A stretch of 60,301 nt of DNA, the filler included, from Basidioascus undulatus (taxonomy: Eukaryota): the NCBI GenBank assembly GCA_000826855.1. It is 13 parts of 13 records of this genome, joined end to end, with 100 filler letters (N's around TTAATTAATTAA, not from the genome) between each part and the next. Parts side by side here need not be neighbours in the genome. Positions count along the whole stretch, not along the records: positions 1 to 4,575 come from JTLS01002121.1; positions 4,676 to 9,249 come from JTLS01002122.1; positions 9,350 to 13,915 come from JTLS01002123.1; 10 more parts are not named here. One strand, 5' to 3'. The notes beneath the pieces are model-generated. The model was given only the letters and a program-made list of their open reading frames with translations. It ran no database searches and was not told where the DNA came from. How positions within the stretch are numbered: the stretch's first letter is position 1; each line of letters begins with the position of its first letter. The position numbers were made by a program, and so were the translations under genes. This document shows, piece after piece, positions 1-12,807 of the stretch.

Positions 1-109
1 ATTTCAAACAAAATAAAACCACTGCCATACACATTCAGCATCAACATCTCCCTCTCCCTCTCCCTCTCGAGCGTGATCCTGAGGCTGATGTGCGCCTCAC
101 CCTGAAAAG

Positions 110-622
110 GCATGCCCATCTTCGCCGCCCCGCTCGAGGCGCTCGCTGCATTCGGGTTCATCGCAGCCGGCGTGCCCGTCTACTTTGCGTTTGCGCGGAG
201 GAGATCGGACCTGACGGGCAGGGTGCCGTCTGTTGTTGGTGCGTCGCAATGCCTCTTTCCTTCGCTCCCCTCCCCCTTCCTTCCCTTCCCTTGCTTTCCC
301 TCCCCGGCCTTGCCTTCTTTCCCCTGGCCTTCCCATCCCATCCCGTCTCATCCCATCCCCTCCCCTCCTCTCCTCTTCCTTTCCCTCTTCCTTCCCCCTT
401 CCTCAGCCCGGTCTAAACGGAGTGCTGCCATTGCTCTTTTGGGCAGATCACATCCCCTCCTGGATACGCTCGAGGATATCTCTGCCCAGTTGGATGAGCT
501 TCGGGCGCGCGAGGGAGGGGTACGCGGGCCTGCCGACGGAGGCGGATGGTGGCGGGGGCGGTGGGAGACGCAGGGGAAGAGGTGGGGAGGAGGTGGTGGA
601 GATGGTTCAGGCGCGGAGATGA
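110..622 (+). CDS. 3' end of an APC/LAT-family amino-acid permease (last two exons, ~110-238 and 447-622; 5' part off-contig)
   Basis: MPIFAAPLEALAAFGFIAAGVPVYFAF resembles the final TM helix of LAT-type permeases. A GTGCGT...CAG intron at 239-446 joins in frame to a hydrophilic tail ending VEMVQARR*. Confidence 0.7.
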
Positions 623-3600
623 GGCGAGGGAGAGGCTCGCCGGGAGACGATCCCATATGTTTTCCGGGTTTCCTTTTCGGTGCGCTTGTGGGCGTGGGGG
701 CCGAACTCGAGGGCACGGCTGCTTCGAGTTCTGTCGAGAGAGTTGGCAACGCACACAAAACGCAACGGCTAGCCCACCGCTGAAGGTCTGCAAGTTCAAT
801 TTCTCTCGGCGCTCTCGTCTCGCCTGTGATTCTCACCTCGTCCATTTATTGTGTCGCTTGCTCACTTCCCATTCTTTGGCAGGACAGCGGCACCGAAACA
901 GCGTAGTAACCTAGACGACTTTCGACTTTCGATCTGCAGCTGCAGATCAGGAAGGGTGTGACTTGCAGACAGCCATTAAGGCTGCTCAGACAGCAAAGAA
1001 TCAATAAACATACAAGTATGATGCTGGCGACCCTGTAAAAATATTATGTTTAGTGAAAAACAACCCAAGCCTCTATGCCCATCTCCCGGTCCAGTTTCGT
1101 ACGCTTCTCGTTCATCCATCGCTGGCATGCGACCTGGCGGTTTCTCGCCTCTACGCCCGCGAGCTGGAGGTGACGTTGCGGTCCAAGGCGCCGTAGAACC
1201 GGGCAGTATCTTCGGGGACTGTGCTCCACCCTGGAGGGGGCGGGTACCACCCACCGATGACTTGAGGAGATGAAGTTGAGAGGGAGGACAGCATCATGGG
1301 GTTGATAAATGGGGGACAAGGGTGGAGGGCGATCAGGGTGTGGACGCCGGATGACATGAAGGAGAGGTGGTGAGGCAGCATTCTGCGGATTTTTTGGGGT
1401 GGTGCCTGTCCTTGATTTATTTTTTCTTACTTTTTGGTCATATTTTTTTTTGCGTAATTAGAGTTCATTACTGTGGCGACGCTGCATGAGTGGAAGCATT
1501 GCCGATACAATGACGGGAGCTGTAGGAGTTGTTGATCGCTGCAGCAGCGCAAAACTCCCAGCAGCAGAGCCAGAAAGGAAAGACGACGTTCACACCAGCA
1601 AGTGTTCATGATCTTGGAACGTCTCTGAGTGAACCTCCAAACACATCTGTGCTCAATTCATGAGAGAGCCGCTTCGCCGCGCAGTCCACTTACTGTGATT
1701 GATTGCCTCGCCAGATCATCCATTGACCGCACCATCGAGTAGGCTGTGGCTCTTAGAAAATGAAATAGTTTCAGGTATAACTGCCAGTTTTTTCAAGGCG
1801 GAATCAGAAGTGCAAGCCTATCCCATTGTAAAAAGAACACAAGCAAGGACAAAAAGGCACGTTACAGCCCACAGCTCCAATAATCATGCCGAGATCTTTA
1901 AGGGACTTGAGATCCGGAAGCTCAAGCCATTCTTCCTCTTCATCTCTGTAATTGGTAGGTCCTGGAAGGAAGGATGAGAAGTCGGCTCTTCCTCACTCGT
2001 CATCTGAGCTGCTCTCAGAACCAGAGCGGTCCGAGACGTCGGCGGGGTTCTCATTGAAGGATCTACAACAACAAAACCCCTCAGGTTAACCGAAATGCAG
2101 CGACAAGTTTATTTGAGGAATGACCTATATAATCCCCCTCCTCCTCGTCCTCCAGCTCCCCGTCCATCCACGTATCCCATGTCAAGCCTTCTGCAGCCCC
2201 TCGGGGCAAGTCAGCGACCCTCTTCCAAAAGCTGACCGGGATAACGCAAGGGGAATCTACCAGGTTGCTTTGTCTCTGCACCTGCGACTGGAATATCAAC
2301 GTTCCCTAGCTCCCTGCTTGTCCACGGAACGGACTCCCACACGTCTGGTGCCGCAGCTATTCGCCCCCGGTCAGGCGTGCTCAAACGCTCGTTATTAAGG
2401 GACAGATTCAATGTACCGGGAACTTAAAGTCTCGGAGCATTCCACAAAGAAGAGCTATCCCGCCCAGTTGTGCCCGAGGGATTTAATGGAACACCTCATG
2501 GCGCTCTCTCCTTTCATATCCCACTTCCTCATTCGCTCGCGCCCGACCACCGCAACGCCGAAATTGCTCCCGCTGTGACCACTCACTTTATGATCCATGT
2601 CTGAAAGACATCGGCACTTGAAGTGGGGGGATATGGCCGTGACCAATGCCGATAGCAATGGCCCCACTACATGCCCCTCACGCCCCCGGAAGCACACCTT
2701 CAACACGCCACAGTTCCCACAAACACCTGATTTCCCCTATACAACTTTTTCCCGCCTAGTCTAGCTACCTTGCCTTGACCGCGCAAGATGCAGTCCCGTA
2801 ACGCTTTGCCCACGCTGTCGCGATGGCAGTTTGGTGCAGACTGACTTCCGCTTTCGCTCGGAGCGCACTTGGACTCCCTGCTATGTACAATTTTACTATG
2901 TCGGCAGAGAAGAGTAGCGGAGACAAGTTGGTGTAGTAGAGAGGGTGGGGTGGGTAAGTGATAAAGCTTTCGGTTCTGTGATTATGCTGCGCTTGCGAGC
3001 TGGTTGGAGGGGACTGCTGGCATTCTGCACGTATACGTAAACGCAACTTTTCGGTAATCTGTCTGCTTGATTCAAGAATTTTGTCAAATTCTGCCCACCC
3101 TCGTCACTGAGAGGGGTCAACCTCGCAAAGGCCGGACGGTGGACGGCGAGGAGAGTCATAAGTCACCGCGCTGCGGCGGTTGAAGGAAGGAGAATGAGAC
3201 TGTCATTCTTCTGTGATGACTCAACCTGTCACAAAGTCCCGGTGATCATACAAACCACTGGCGGCCTTTGAGGTGCTAAGGGCGGGTTGACAATGATTTG
3301 AGCGACTGTGCCGGTTAGGGGGCGACACGCAACGGCAAGGATCTGACGAGGTATTTCAGTAAGTTCAAATCAGAAAACACGGCCTTCGTTCGGTATAGGC
3401 CACTGCTGTCCATTTACTCCCAACTGGCTGCTCGGAACACTCGCACGGGCGAAGGAAGTGGTGGGCTGAAAGGGGTTGGCCAAGCTGCATACAGCGGTGG
3501 ATTACGAAGTTTACCCGCCGGCGGCAAGAATCATTGGCATCTTCGGAACCCCGCTCGACAATGGCGCCTCTTGAGCGACGTCAAATTCACAATCTCCCGG

Positions 3601-4165
3601 AGCCGTAAGGATTGCTTTCGAGAATACTACAGTGAAAATTGCGTTGCAACCCGTTGCAGCCCGACGACTGTGCAGTTTCAGGCCTTTTGCTTCCCTCCAC
3701 CGCCGAGCGCGCCGGAGATCATGCGGCCGAGTGGCCGGCAGCGAAGGTCCTCAAGCGCTCCTTACTCCCTTGGCCCTTCACGCCCGTTGCTTCCTGCGCT
3801 CGTCACCCCCCGTCGACCGCATACACGCTCTGTTTTTCAACGGCTGACCGCGAGCATCTAGAAACCTTCAACCAACCGCACCTTTTGCTGGGCGCTCTTT
3901 CTCGTTCGTCGCGCTCTTCGGGGACTGACTCACGGTGTGGAACGCCACTACACTGCGGGGTACTTGCAGTGCCTTCTATCGCTTCTATCGCGTTGTGGGA
4001 GGTGGATTTCTTTGAACAAACCTCCAAACAACTCTAGTTGAAGGTAAGTCCAAGATTGGATGAAGTGGTCCCCGGTGGGAACTGTCGTGAGCTGAGCACC
4101 CGCACTCCACCCCAGCAGAACCACTCGCCGTCTATCCGTACAATTTTAAGACGCAAAGGGACTCA

Positions 4166-4540
4166 ATGTCCCACCCGATCTCTCCGTCTCCCCCGCTCTC
4201 GCCCTCCTCGTCCCGCTCCTCCCTCGTCTCCTCCGAGCCGCACGACCTCCCTTCCTCCTGTCGCCCGCACCTGCCACCGCTCCTCCTCCACCAGCTCCCT
4301 ACCCCGCACCACACACCGCACGACCTCCGCCCCAAGTCCCGCTCCCTCTGCGCGGCCGCCCACGCGCGGCCGTCCCTGGGCTTCGGGTGGCCGAGCAACG
4401 GCGACGGCGGCGATGGGAGGGTCACGCCGGAGGAGGATGACGGCGAGGAGCGCAGGGGAAGGGAAATGGTCCGTCGCGCGTTCTCGATGAAGGCGCCTGT
4501 GCAGCGCGGGGGGAGGGGTTATCTGTTCGCATTTTTGTGA
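4166..4540 (+). CDS. Hypothetical small Pro/Ser-rich protein
   Basis: 124-aa ATG-initiated ORF with GC3-rich, gene-like codon usage; no recognisable domain. Confidence 0.3.
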   Translation: MSHPISPSPPLSPSSSRSSLVSSEPHDLPSSCRPHLPPLLLHQLPTPHHTPHDLRPKSRSLCAAAHARPSLGFGWPSNGDGGDGRVTPEEDDGEERRGREMVRRAFSMKAPVQRGGRGYLFAFL

Positions 4541-4575
4541 GCAAATTCGTCTGAAGAGCGCGATGAAGGAAAGTA

Positions 4576-4675
4576 NNNNNNNNNNNNNNNNNNNNNNNNN
4601 NNNNNNNNNNNNNNNNNNNTTAATTAATTAANNNNNNNNNNNNNNNNNNNNNNNNNNNNNNNNNNNNNNNNNNNN
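4576..4675. other. Artificial contig spacer (N-run, TTAATTAATTAA, N-run); first of 12
   Basis: The same ~100-nt spacer, which has stops in all six frames, recurs at 9250, 13916, 18580, 23232, 27880, 32525, 37163, 41799, 46427, 51055 and 55680. Segment lengths fall monotonically from 4575 to 4522. Confidence 0.99.
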
Positions 4676-6694
4676 TAAGCGGGCGGGGGGGATGTACATG
4701 TGAGGTGCGGGGCGGGGGCAGGGGGATGGAAAGGGACAATGAAGCGGTATCAATCGTTGTAGAGCGCGTTTCGCAGGCTTCACGATTCGGTAAAGAAGTT
4801 CCGGTATACACCCTATCGCTCTCCAACCTCCGCGACGCTCGCGTCATCGAAAGGGCTTTGTGGGACGCATGTACGTACTAGTGGGCTTCGCGATACCCTT
4901 GCGCAATGTGTCTCCAGATCGTAAAGGTTCCAGGGGACCGCTTTCGTGCCGTTACGTATGGGAGGTGCACCGTTCAACGCGAAGGCCTGCCTGCAGCTCG
5001 CACTCCCATCCTGCGATCGGAGGCTCGAAGGCCGCACGACCCACACTCGCAGCTCTTACACCCGGTGCCGCTCTATCTATCCCCAACCGAAAGACACAGA
5101 TTCTTACCTAGCATGTCCTTTTTTTTCCTTCTCAGCTCCTGCTAAAGCCCAGCGACGGGCCTACACAGCCGACCCACATTATCATCCTCGCGGCTTGAGA
5201 TCCCCCTCCCATCCCAAATACTGTGGCTTTCTTTGACCTCATTGGCGGGAGCACTCTGGAGTGATTCTATTTACATACATGCAACCTCACAAACCGTCCC
5301 AGACACAGCGCCCAGACGCGCTGGGCGCAGGGTGGGACGGAGCCTGCAGGTCCGGCGCGGGCTGCGCCAAAAAGATCCATACATAACTACTTCATGATGT
5401 GCATTGATATCCTCGATCTTTCCCCAAACCCTTTTCATTTGCGGTGGTGTCACACATCACACACATTCTTGACGTTGTGTTCAGCTCTGCTGTGCACGTT
5501 GAACTGCAATGGCGCTCCCGTTTCTGATACACGTCTTGGTCAGGCCGGAGTTGGTCGAGCGTGTCAGCGGGGGACAGGCAAACGGTCTGGGCAACTGAAT
5601 ACTTGATAGACAAAGTTGCCAGCGGAGCGCTGTGCGCAAGGCCACCTATGCTCTGCCTTGAATTTTAGAGCGATCCGGACGACGCCCCAGCGTCTGGCGT
5701 CACTCACCTACTTATGGGAGATCAGATTCTCGACAGCTTACGATATTCTTTCCTGGCACTTGTGCCCAGGCATGCTGCGTAGCGTTCCAAAGGTCAATAT
5801 GATTTGCGCAACTCTCGGTTGCTGGTGCACTTCGGTTATCCCAGTGCTCTGTCTCCTGCACATTCACTTTCAAGGCGTTTAATTCATGATACATACGGAT
5901 AAGTATTCAAGAGGGCCCAGCTTGCATGTCGGCCTCGCACACTGAATATCGCGCAGACCGAGGTGCAGTCGGCTGCCTGTCCACCTTGGGAAGCCTATGA
6001 GAAGCTCGATCCGGTACGCTCGAAGCTATCGATTCCACCTTTAGTGTTATCCTGTAGTCTTTCCCCAACTCTATCTGAGCCAGCAAAACTCCTTGCAAGC
6101 ATGCGCTTCTCTGCGAGGACTCAGATGCGCAGCCCATTGCCGCGGGGGTCCTACTTGCAGAATGAACAGATGCCTTCGTGGGTGCTTTTATACCTAAATT
6201 TTTCGAGAGCTAGAAATACGAAGGAAACTGGGAAGAGGACCGAGCCGAGAGGCGGGACTGGCACGATGTGTCCAGGCCGTGTTGGCGTGATTGCTGCGCC
6301 CCTATCGCGTTTGCCGGGAGTTGAGACGTAAGGGAGACTGCTGGAGACACTGGGGAGTGCTCAGGCCATGTACCGCGAGGAACAACGCAAGGCACGGGTG
6401 TCAAGATCCGAGCGTGGGTACGTGGATACGTCGTCCAGCCTTCCAGGCGAGCAATCTACGTGCAGCAAGCAGTGCGCGAGGGCCATCTGCGACGCTATAG
6501 GATCTCGATAGGCATGCGCCAGGTCACACGCTTACCGTGTGCGTCCCATCGGGTAGAGGCGTGAGAACGGTTCGCACGGAGGCTTTGTATCGAAACCCCC
6601 GTGCTCATTAAAGCTCTCCTTAAAGCTCATAGTGCACTCGGAGATGCTGATTCGGCTTCATTTTCTCTTGGATTCCCCGCGCCCGACCTCATAT

Positions 6695-8194
6695 GTACAT
6701 CCCCCCGCCCTCTCCTCCTCCATCTCCTCCCTCCTCCTCGTCCCCTCCAAACCCCTCTTCAGCTCCTCCACCCACTTCCCTCCCGCCCTGCATCCCTTGT
6801 CTTCCTTCCCTCCCTCCCTCAACTTCGCCCCAAGCAGCGCCCCCACCGCCTCGCCGCACTCCCTTCGCAGCCCCTCATCCTTCACGTAGTGCTCGACCTC
6901 CTCATTCCGCGCCAACCTCCCCGCCATCGGTGGCGGGGCGTTAGTCGGCAAGAACATAGGCTTAGTCTCCTTCTGGGAGGAGAAGGCTGAGGGAGAGCAG
7001 TGAGGCAGGGAGGTGGGTGGCGGGAACTCCTTCGAATATCGCTCATCTGCCCACGAAAAACTCCAAGGAAGGTCTGTTCTGAAAGCGAGTCTGCAGCCGC
7101 AGTCCGCGTCGCACGCTTATCTGAGAGAAGGGGCATGTGCCCCCCAATTGTTCGAAAGTCCGGGCTGCAGAGCTGCAGAATTATGCTTCATGATGATACA
7201 GACTAGTTGCGAGATTGTATATGGGAAAGGACTCTTGAGGTGGACAGGCAACCAGCGGACATGCAGGTGGGCGACGTCGACCCTGTGCCAGATTCACCTG
7301 AATGTGCGAGCCTGCCGCCTGCGCTCGTAACCTATGACTTTCAATAGCTTATATTCTCTTTACTGTTCCATCGATTGACCAGGTTATGGGTAGAGAAACC
7401 TGACACGCGAACTAGTTTCGAGGGGAGGTCAAGTTGAGAGCCCTCAACGAACCTGATGCGTCCGCGCCGTGTCGCTGTAAGGTTCATGACGTTGCTTTCA
7501 GCCTTCAGATCGGTATCAAGGAAGTGGAAAGAATTGGAAGAGCCTATAGAACCCCCATGGTACGTGGGTCGGTACTCAAACGAAACGATAGACTGAGAAG
7601 AGCTGTGGAAGGCCTTGAAAGCGCGAGGGCGTGCAGCACACCACGTGCTACGGAATACAAAGTTTGTATGCATAGGAGGAATCTTTAGTCGCTCAAACAT
7701 AGACATGTGAGAGCGTCGAAAAGCCTGTTGTCCGTCTCCCATGGGGCTGCTCAGAGCGTGCGCATAAACCGCGCGCTGCCTTCGTGGCTCGAGGAGGGCG
7801 TGGGCGGACGATGCTTGCTTCCCCGACGGCTTCAGTCAGGACGGCGGAGGTTCACTAGAGGTGCGCCGACTAGACCGAGATGGTGCTTCAAAACGCCTAG
7901 AAAGTAGCCGTGGCACACTTCCCGCACGCTCGGTCAGCGACGACCCGCCGAGAAAGACGTCCTCCCCGTGCGAGGCGCAATCACACCCATCTCCACAAAT
8001 CACCCTTCCACAGACACTCAAAACAGGACCGTCCATTTACTTCATCCCCCGGCTCAGCGTCCCTGGCCATTGGACTCTACAGGTACAGCCCCCCGCCCTC
8101 TCCTTCTCCCTCGCGCCTCCTCCTCCCCTCCAAGCCTATCTTCAACCTTTTCACCCACTTCCCTCGTGCATTCCTTGCGTTCCATGCCTTCCCT
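6695..8194 (+). repeat. Diverged direct duplication of ~115 bp (6695-6813 and 8083-8194)
   Basis: Shared blocks gtaca.ccccccgccctctcct / cccctccaa.cc..tcttca / cacccacttccctc / tgcat.ccttg..ttcc align by eye in the same order. Confidence 0.8.
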
Positions 8195-8197
8195 ATA

Positions 8198-8672
8198 TTC
8201 CGCTTACTGCGTGGGTAATATTATCGGCCCGTACATGGTCTTCGACAGCGAGGCGCCGCGCGAGACTGACTACGGCGCGACGATCTGCAGCCGCTCTACC
8301 AGAATCGCTGTGATTGAAAGCTACTCCACCAAGCTCTTCTGCCAGGTGTACGATGCCTTCCCCAAACATCTTGCCTGATCGAGGAGCTGTTGACGCCGCT
8401 TGACAGGTTGCACGGCGTGCTCATGTACGGCATCAACAAGCGCCGCGATGCCAAGTGAGTCTCCTTTTTTCAACCTGAAGACATCCAGCTCCAAGTAGGA
8501 ATTTAACTTGTTCACAGGGACGGCCCTCCTCACGCCAAGCGCAGCGCCAACGCAGGCGTGCGCGACGAGACGGAGTACCAGAACAAGGTACGAGAGCCGC
8601 CATCTCGCCCCAACAGTGGCAAGACCAGCTGCTGACATATCGGTTGTATTGACAGGACTGCCGCTCTTTAAT
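8198..8672 (+). pseudogene. 3' fragment of an MFS allantoate-permease (Dal5/ACS family) transporter
   Basis: SAYCVGNIIGPYMVFDSEAPR, then spliced YGINKRRDAK...NAGVRDETEYQNK|DCRSL, matching the family's D-x-T-x-x-x-N-x-x-F-R-Y tail in degenerate form. No 5' portion is present. Confidence 0.75.
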
Positions 8673-9179
8673 GCAATAGGGGCAAGATGTACGAGTTTGA
8701 GAGAAGAAGATACGATCGGTAGATGACTTCTGAGAGGCGGATCAGCTAAGAGGGAGATCCCGGATGGCTTCCGTGTCGTGGTGCTTACTGTGTGGGCTGT
8801 AATGTGAATGTGTTTCGACTGACCGGTTTTGCCTTGCTTCTTGAACGGGCCCCGGGAACACTGTTCTCTTCGTTACAGAAGTTGCAGGGAAAGCAACTGC
8901 AGCGCTCGCCGGCGAACAATTAGCCAGCCATCCAGCGAACCAGCGCCCAACCTGAAGGCGTTGTACGACACCGTTAGAGGGGGCTCTGCATTTATATCTT
9001 GGTCACTTTGAATACAACAGTTCCGATGCAGACTAGAGGGAGGGTAAGGAAGGGATGGGACAAAGAAGTTGCTGCGCGCAAGCGGTGTCCTTGCTCGCAA
9101 TCTCGCTCAGGCGTGCTGTCGCGTTCTTTTCATGTTGTGGCGAAACTCAGAGGAAAATATAATTGAAGAGCAAAAGAAA

Positions 9180-9249
9180 TGGCCACTGCAGGGGTCGAAC
9201 CTGCGACTTTGGAGTTATTAGCTCCACACTCTAACCAACTGAGTTAAGC
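9180..9249 (-). tRNA. tRNA-Ile(AAU), first few 5' nucleotides cut off by the contig end
   Basis: Minus strand reads GCTTAACTCAGTTGGTTAGAGTG-TGGAG-CT-AAT-AA-CTCCA-AAGTC-GCAGG-TTCGACC-CCTGC-AGTGGCCA. D-loop, anticodon stem and T-arm are intact, followed by TTTCTTTT (Pol III terminator-like). Confidence 0.95.
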
Positions 9250-9405
9250 NNNNNNNNNNNNNNNNNNNNNNNNNNNNNNNNNNNNNNNNNNNNTTAATTA
9301 ATTAANNNNNNNNNNNNNNNNNNNNNNNNNNNNNNNNNNNNNNNNNNNNCGGAGAAGGAGGGGAGGGGAGGGGACAAGGGATGCTGGCACTGGGAGAGGT
9401 GCGAT

Positions 9406-11152
9406 CTAGACGGACGCGGTCCATGCGACGAGGTCGACGTTTTTCGCTTTGGACGATACGGTCCAAGGGTGATTCTACGAGGGCGACCGTATCAGCACGC
9501 CGACCCCGCTCTCCTACCCGAAACAAGAGGGCGTGGGGGAGTGAGTGACGCACCAGCAGCTGCTTCGGACTCGGCCTTGCCTCGGGATCCTTCAGCAAGC
9601 AGAGGTCGATGAACTCCTCGGGCTCTTTGGCGAACTTGCCCTCGGGCAAGCGCGGCGCGGGCTCATTGACGATGTGCTGCAGGAGGTCCAAGATGGACAT
9701 CATCGGCTGCCGGTTGCGCGCGGCGGAGACGCTCTTGCGCTTCGCCTTCTGCTTGTCCGCCGCGGCGGCCTTGGATGAGGACGAGATGGAGGACGCGGTG
9801 GGCGGGCGCGTGTTCGAGGGCGAGAGCGTCGAGTTGAGGTCGAACGTGTCCGACTCGGACGAGAATGGGCCGGCACCGCCCGCGCCGGCACTGAAGGGCG
9901 GCGGGCCTTCGCCCTCAGAGGCCGACTTGTCGTCGTCAGAGGAGAAGGGGAAGCGGCCAAGCGCCAGCTCGATCAGACTGATGCCCAGCGACCAGACGTC
10001 CGACTTGACGGTGTACTGCGCGCCTTGAATCCGCTCGGGCTGAGAAAACGGACAGATGCAAGTGGATCAGCTAGGCGGAAAGAGGCGGAAGGAGAGAAGA
10101 CGGCGACGCACACTCATGTACGTACTCGTCCCGACAAACGTGTCCGCGATCGAGTTAATAAGCTCGCCCGAAACGCCAAAGTCGCAGATCTTGATCTGTC
10201 CTTGGGAGTTGACGAGAATGTTGGAGGGCTTCACATCTGTTCAGTCCAGCAATTGAGTTCAGCCGTACGGTTCCTTCCCTGTGTGATACCGGAGGGGTAG
10301 GCTCGAGACGCACCGCGATGGATGATGCGATGGACATCGTAGAGATACGTCAAGCCCTCGAGGACCGCCACCGAGATCTTGCCGCAGACGTCAATGTCGA
10401 TCGGCCCGTGTTTGCGTGATATGGAGTCAAGGGACCTGGACCGCGCAGCCCCAACGTGTTAGAGGGAAGGGGCATGGCCGACTTGACCTCGCTGAGGGCG
10501 AAAGAAAGGGGAAGAGATGCGCACCCCTTGTCCATGTACTCCATGCACATGCAGATATGGGGGTCGTTCAGGAATGCGCCGTAGAAGCTGATGATGTGCT
10601 CGGACGAGCAGTCGTGCATGATCTGCAGCTCGCGCAGGATCTGTCGCCGTACTGCCGGCTTCGCCTCGATCAAGACCACCTACTCCCATCCATCCAATAC
10701 CCACATCAGCTTTCCATCTTCTCCCGCCATCTCCAGCTACTTTCAACCACCCGGGGACGCACTTTCTTCGCCATGATCTTCTTGGTTGGTAGATGCCTCA
10801 CAAGCGTGACCGTCCCTCCGTTCCCGCTCCCCAGCTCATCCAGCGTCTCAAGGTCCTCCCCGCGCAGGTCGAGCTTGAATTCGACGCCAAGCTCGAGGCT
10901 CGCCAGCTGCTCCGACAGCTTGTTGTGGTACGCTCCGCGCGGCTCGACCGCGGGCGGCGGGGGCCGGGCGGACTTGGAGAGGTCCATCGCGGGCGGGCGG
11001 CGCGGCTGCTTGGGCGGCACGGCGGGCGGAGCATCGGAGGAGGTTGACGCGACGGGCGGCGGAGATGGGGAGGGCGGAGGCGGCTCGGGCGCGAGCTGAA
11101 GGCCTTTGAAGTTGCGCTTTTTGCGCACTGTGGAGGAGCCGAGGCCGTTCAT
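9406..11152 (-). CDS. STE7: MAP kinase kinase, Ste7/Fuz7 (pheromone-pathway MEK) type, multi-exon, complete
   Basis: N-terminal docking site [88 protein letters not shown]; ends [21 protein letters not shown]. Confidence 0.93.
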
Positions 11153-12807
11153 GCTGGGAGGGTCGGCGGCGGGGAAGGTCGGGAGGGGGAGATGGAGAGG
11201 AGAGGACTGGGATTATTGGGAAGGCATGCAAGCATCAGTGAAGAGTGAAGAATGAATGATGGGCTGAGGGGTCGCGTGGGGAGTTCGCTGTGCAGGTGAA
11301 ACGCGAGAGGAAAAGAACAGGATAGGGGGTCCTGAGGGATTCCCGCCCGTAGTGAGCTGGCCGGAGAGCACAGGCATCTCGAAGTACCTCGTGGGCAAGG
11401 AGACCGGAAAAGCATGTCTGTACCCTCGCCGAACGAGCAACGACGCTGGGTGGCTCGCACGGAGGGCTGCACGCAGCGCGTTGCCCAGTGTGTTCTCCGG
11501 CTTGCCCCGCCACCTCCTCCGCATCCACGCGTGTTCCAAAGCCCAAACTGGGAGATCACTTACATATGTCGAGCTCCGTGTTCACCAGCACCGACTGGGA
11601 ATCGGAAATTGATCAACGTGCAGACGACTACTCCAGACTGCCAGCTGCGGCGGTCGAGTCCAGGGCGCCGGCGGGCGAGGGCGGCGGCAGGGGCGGCCGG
11701 GGGTAGGTGGCGAGTGTGCTGGTATTCTGTGAAACGTAGGGGAGGCGCCGTTGAGCAGCGTGCGCTCGCTATGGGCAACGACGAGCACGCTATGGATAAC
11801 GGGCGAATACGGCGGGAGCGAGAAGGTGAAAGTCCGCGGAAAGGAGGAAGGAAGCACGCCGCCACGGGTCTTCGACGCGCAGCGGCAGGCTGGCAGCGGC
11901 TCGGGCCGGCCGTTTTGTTTGCCGCACTCCCGACCTCGCCCACAGTGTCTACTCTGCTGGCAATTTCTTGAAATGGGTGCCTCGTTCGCTTCCAAGGTTC
12001 AGAGCGAGAACTTTTATGTGCTTTGAGAATACTGGTATATTATCTCGGGGATTCAGTGGATTCCTCGAATGTCAACTTGTGTGAACTGGAGGATGGCACG
12101 TGACCGTTTTCCCAGGCTTCTTCGCGACTGCACGCTGGCAGGACACTAAGAAATAAGTGCAAGATTCAGGTCCATGTTTGACCAGAATGAAGGGAGGGTA
12201 AGATTAGTTGTCAAGAGGTCGAAAGGACAGTCTGTTCCCACCGGACCAGCGGCAAGTCTAAGCGACAAGTCTAAGATGTTCAGGCTTTGACCGGTTCCAC
12301 CCTGTCGGGAATTGCAGCTGAAAGCGCCCTCCAAGTCCCTCTGCAATCAATAAGACTTCACATAAGCACCCATTGTATCCTCCAGCTCCTTGGCCATGAA
12401 GCTGCGTATGTCGATCTAAGGGGCGCAGCAGTGGGCGGCAGTCTAGCTGGGATCTCGGCTTGCCTGACATGAAAGTTGATGTTGATGAAAGTGAGTACTA
12501 CAATTTTCCCTCAGTGAGACTTATATGAGTTTCTATCTTTTCCAATGCAATCCAGACACGACTAAAGGACGACATGGCGCGTGCAGCATGCGGCACCGAC
12601 AGCGGACCGCCTGTCCATCCGCGCCGTGGTTCCTTCGGACGTGAGCGCAGAACAAAGCCAAACAGAACACGAGCGTGTGGATCAAAGACCTGAATACCTG
12701 AGTCAATGCACCTTGTACTCCTCTCACTATCACACATCGCTTCACCATCGGTCTCTTCGCCACCGCCAGCACCCAGGTCTTCCTCACCAGCTCACCGACC
12801 CACGCAT

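Noticed and set aside
1700..2750. Minus-strand acidic stretches and a CGNC motif suggesting a decayed gene or transposase
   Set aside because: The frames are too broken to assign a family.
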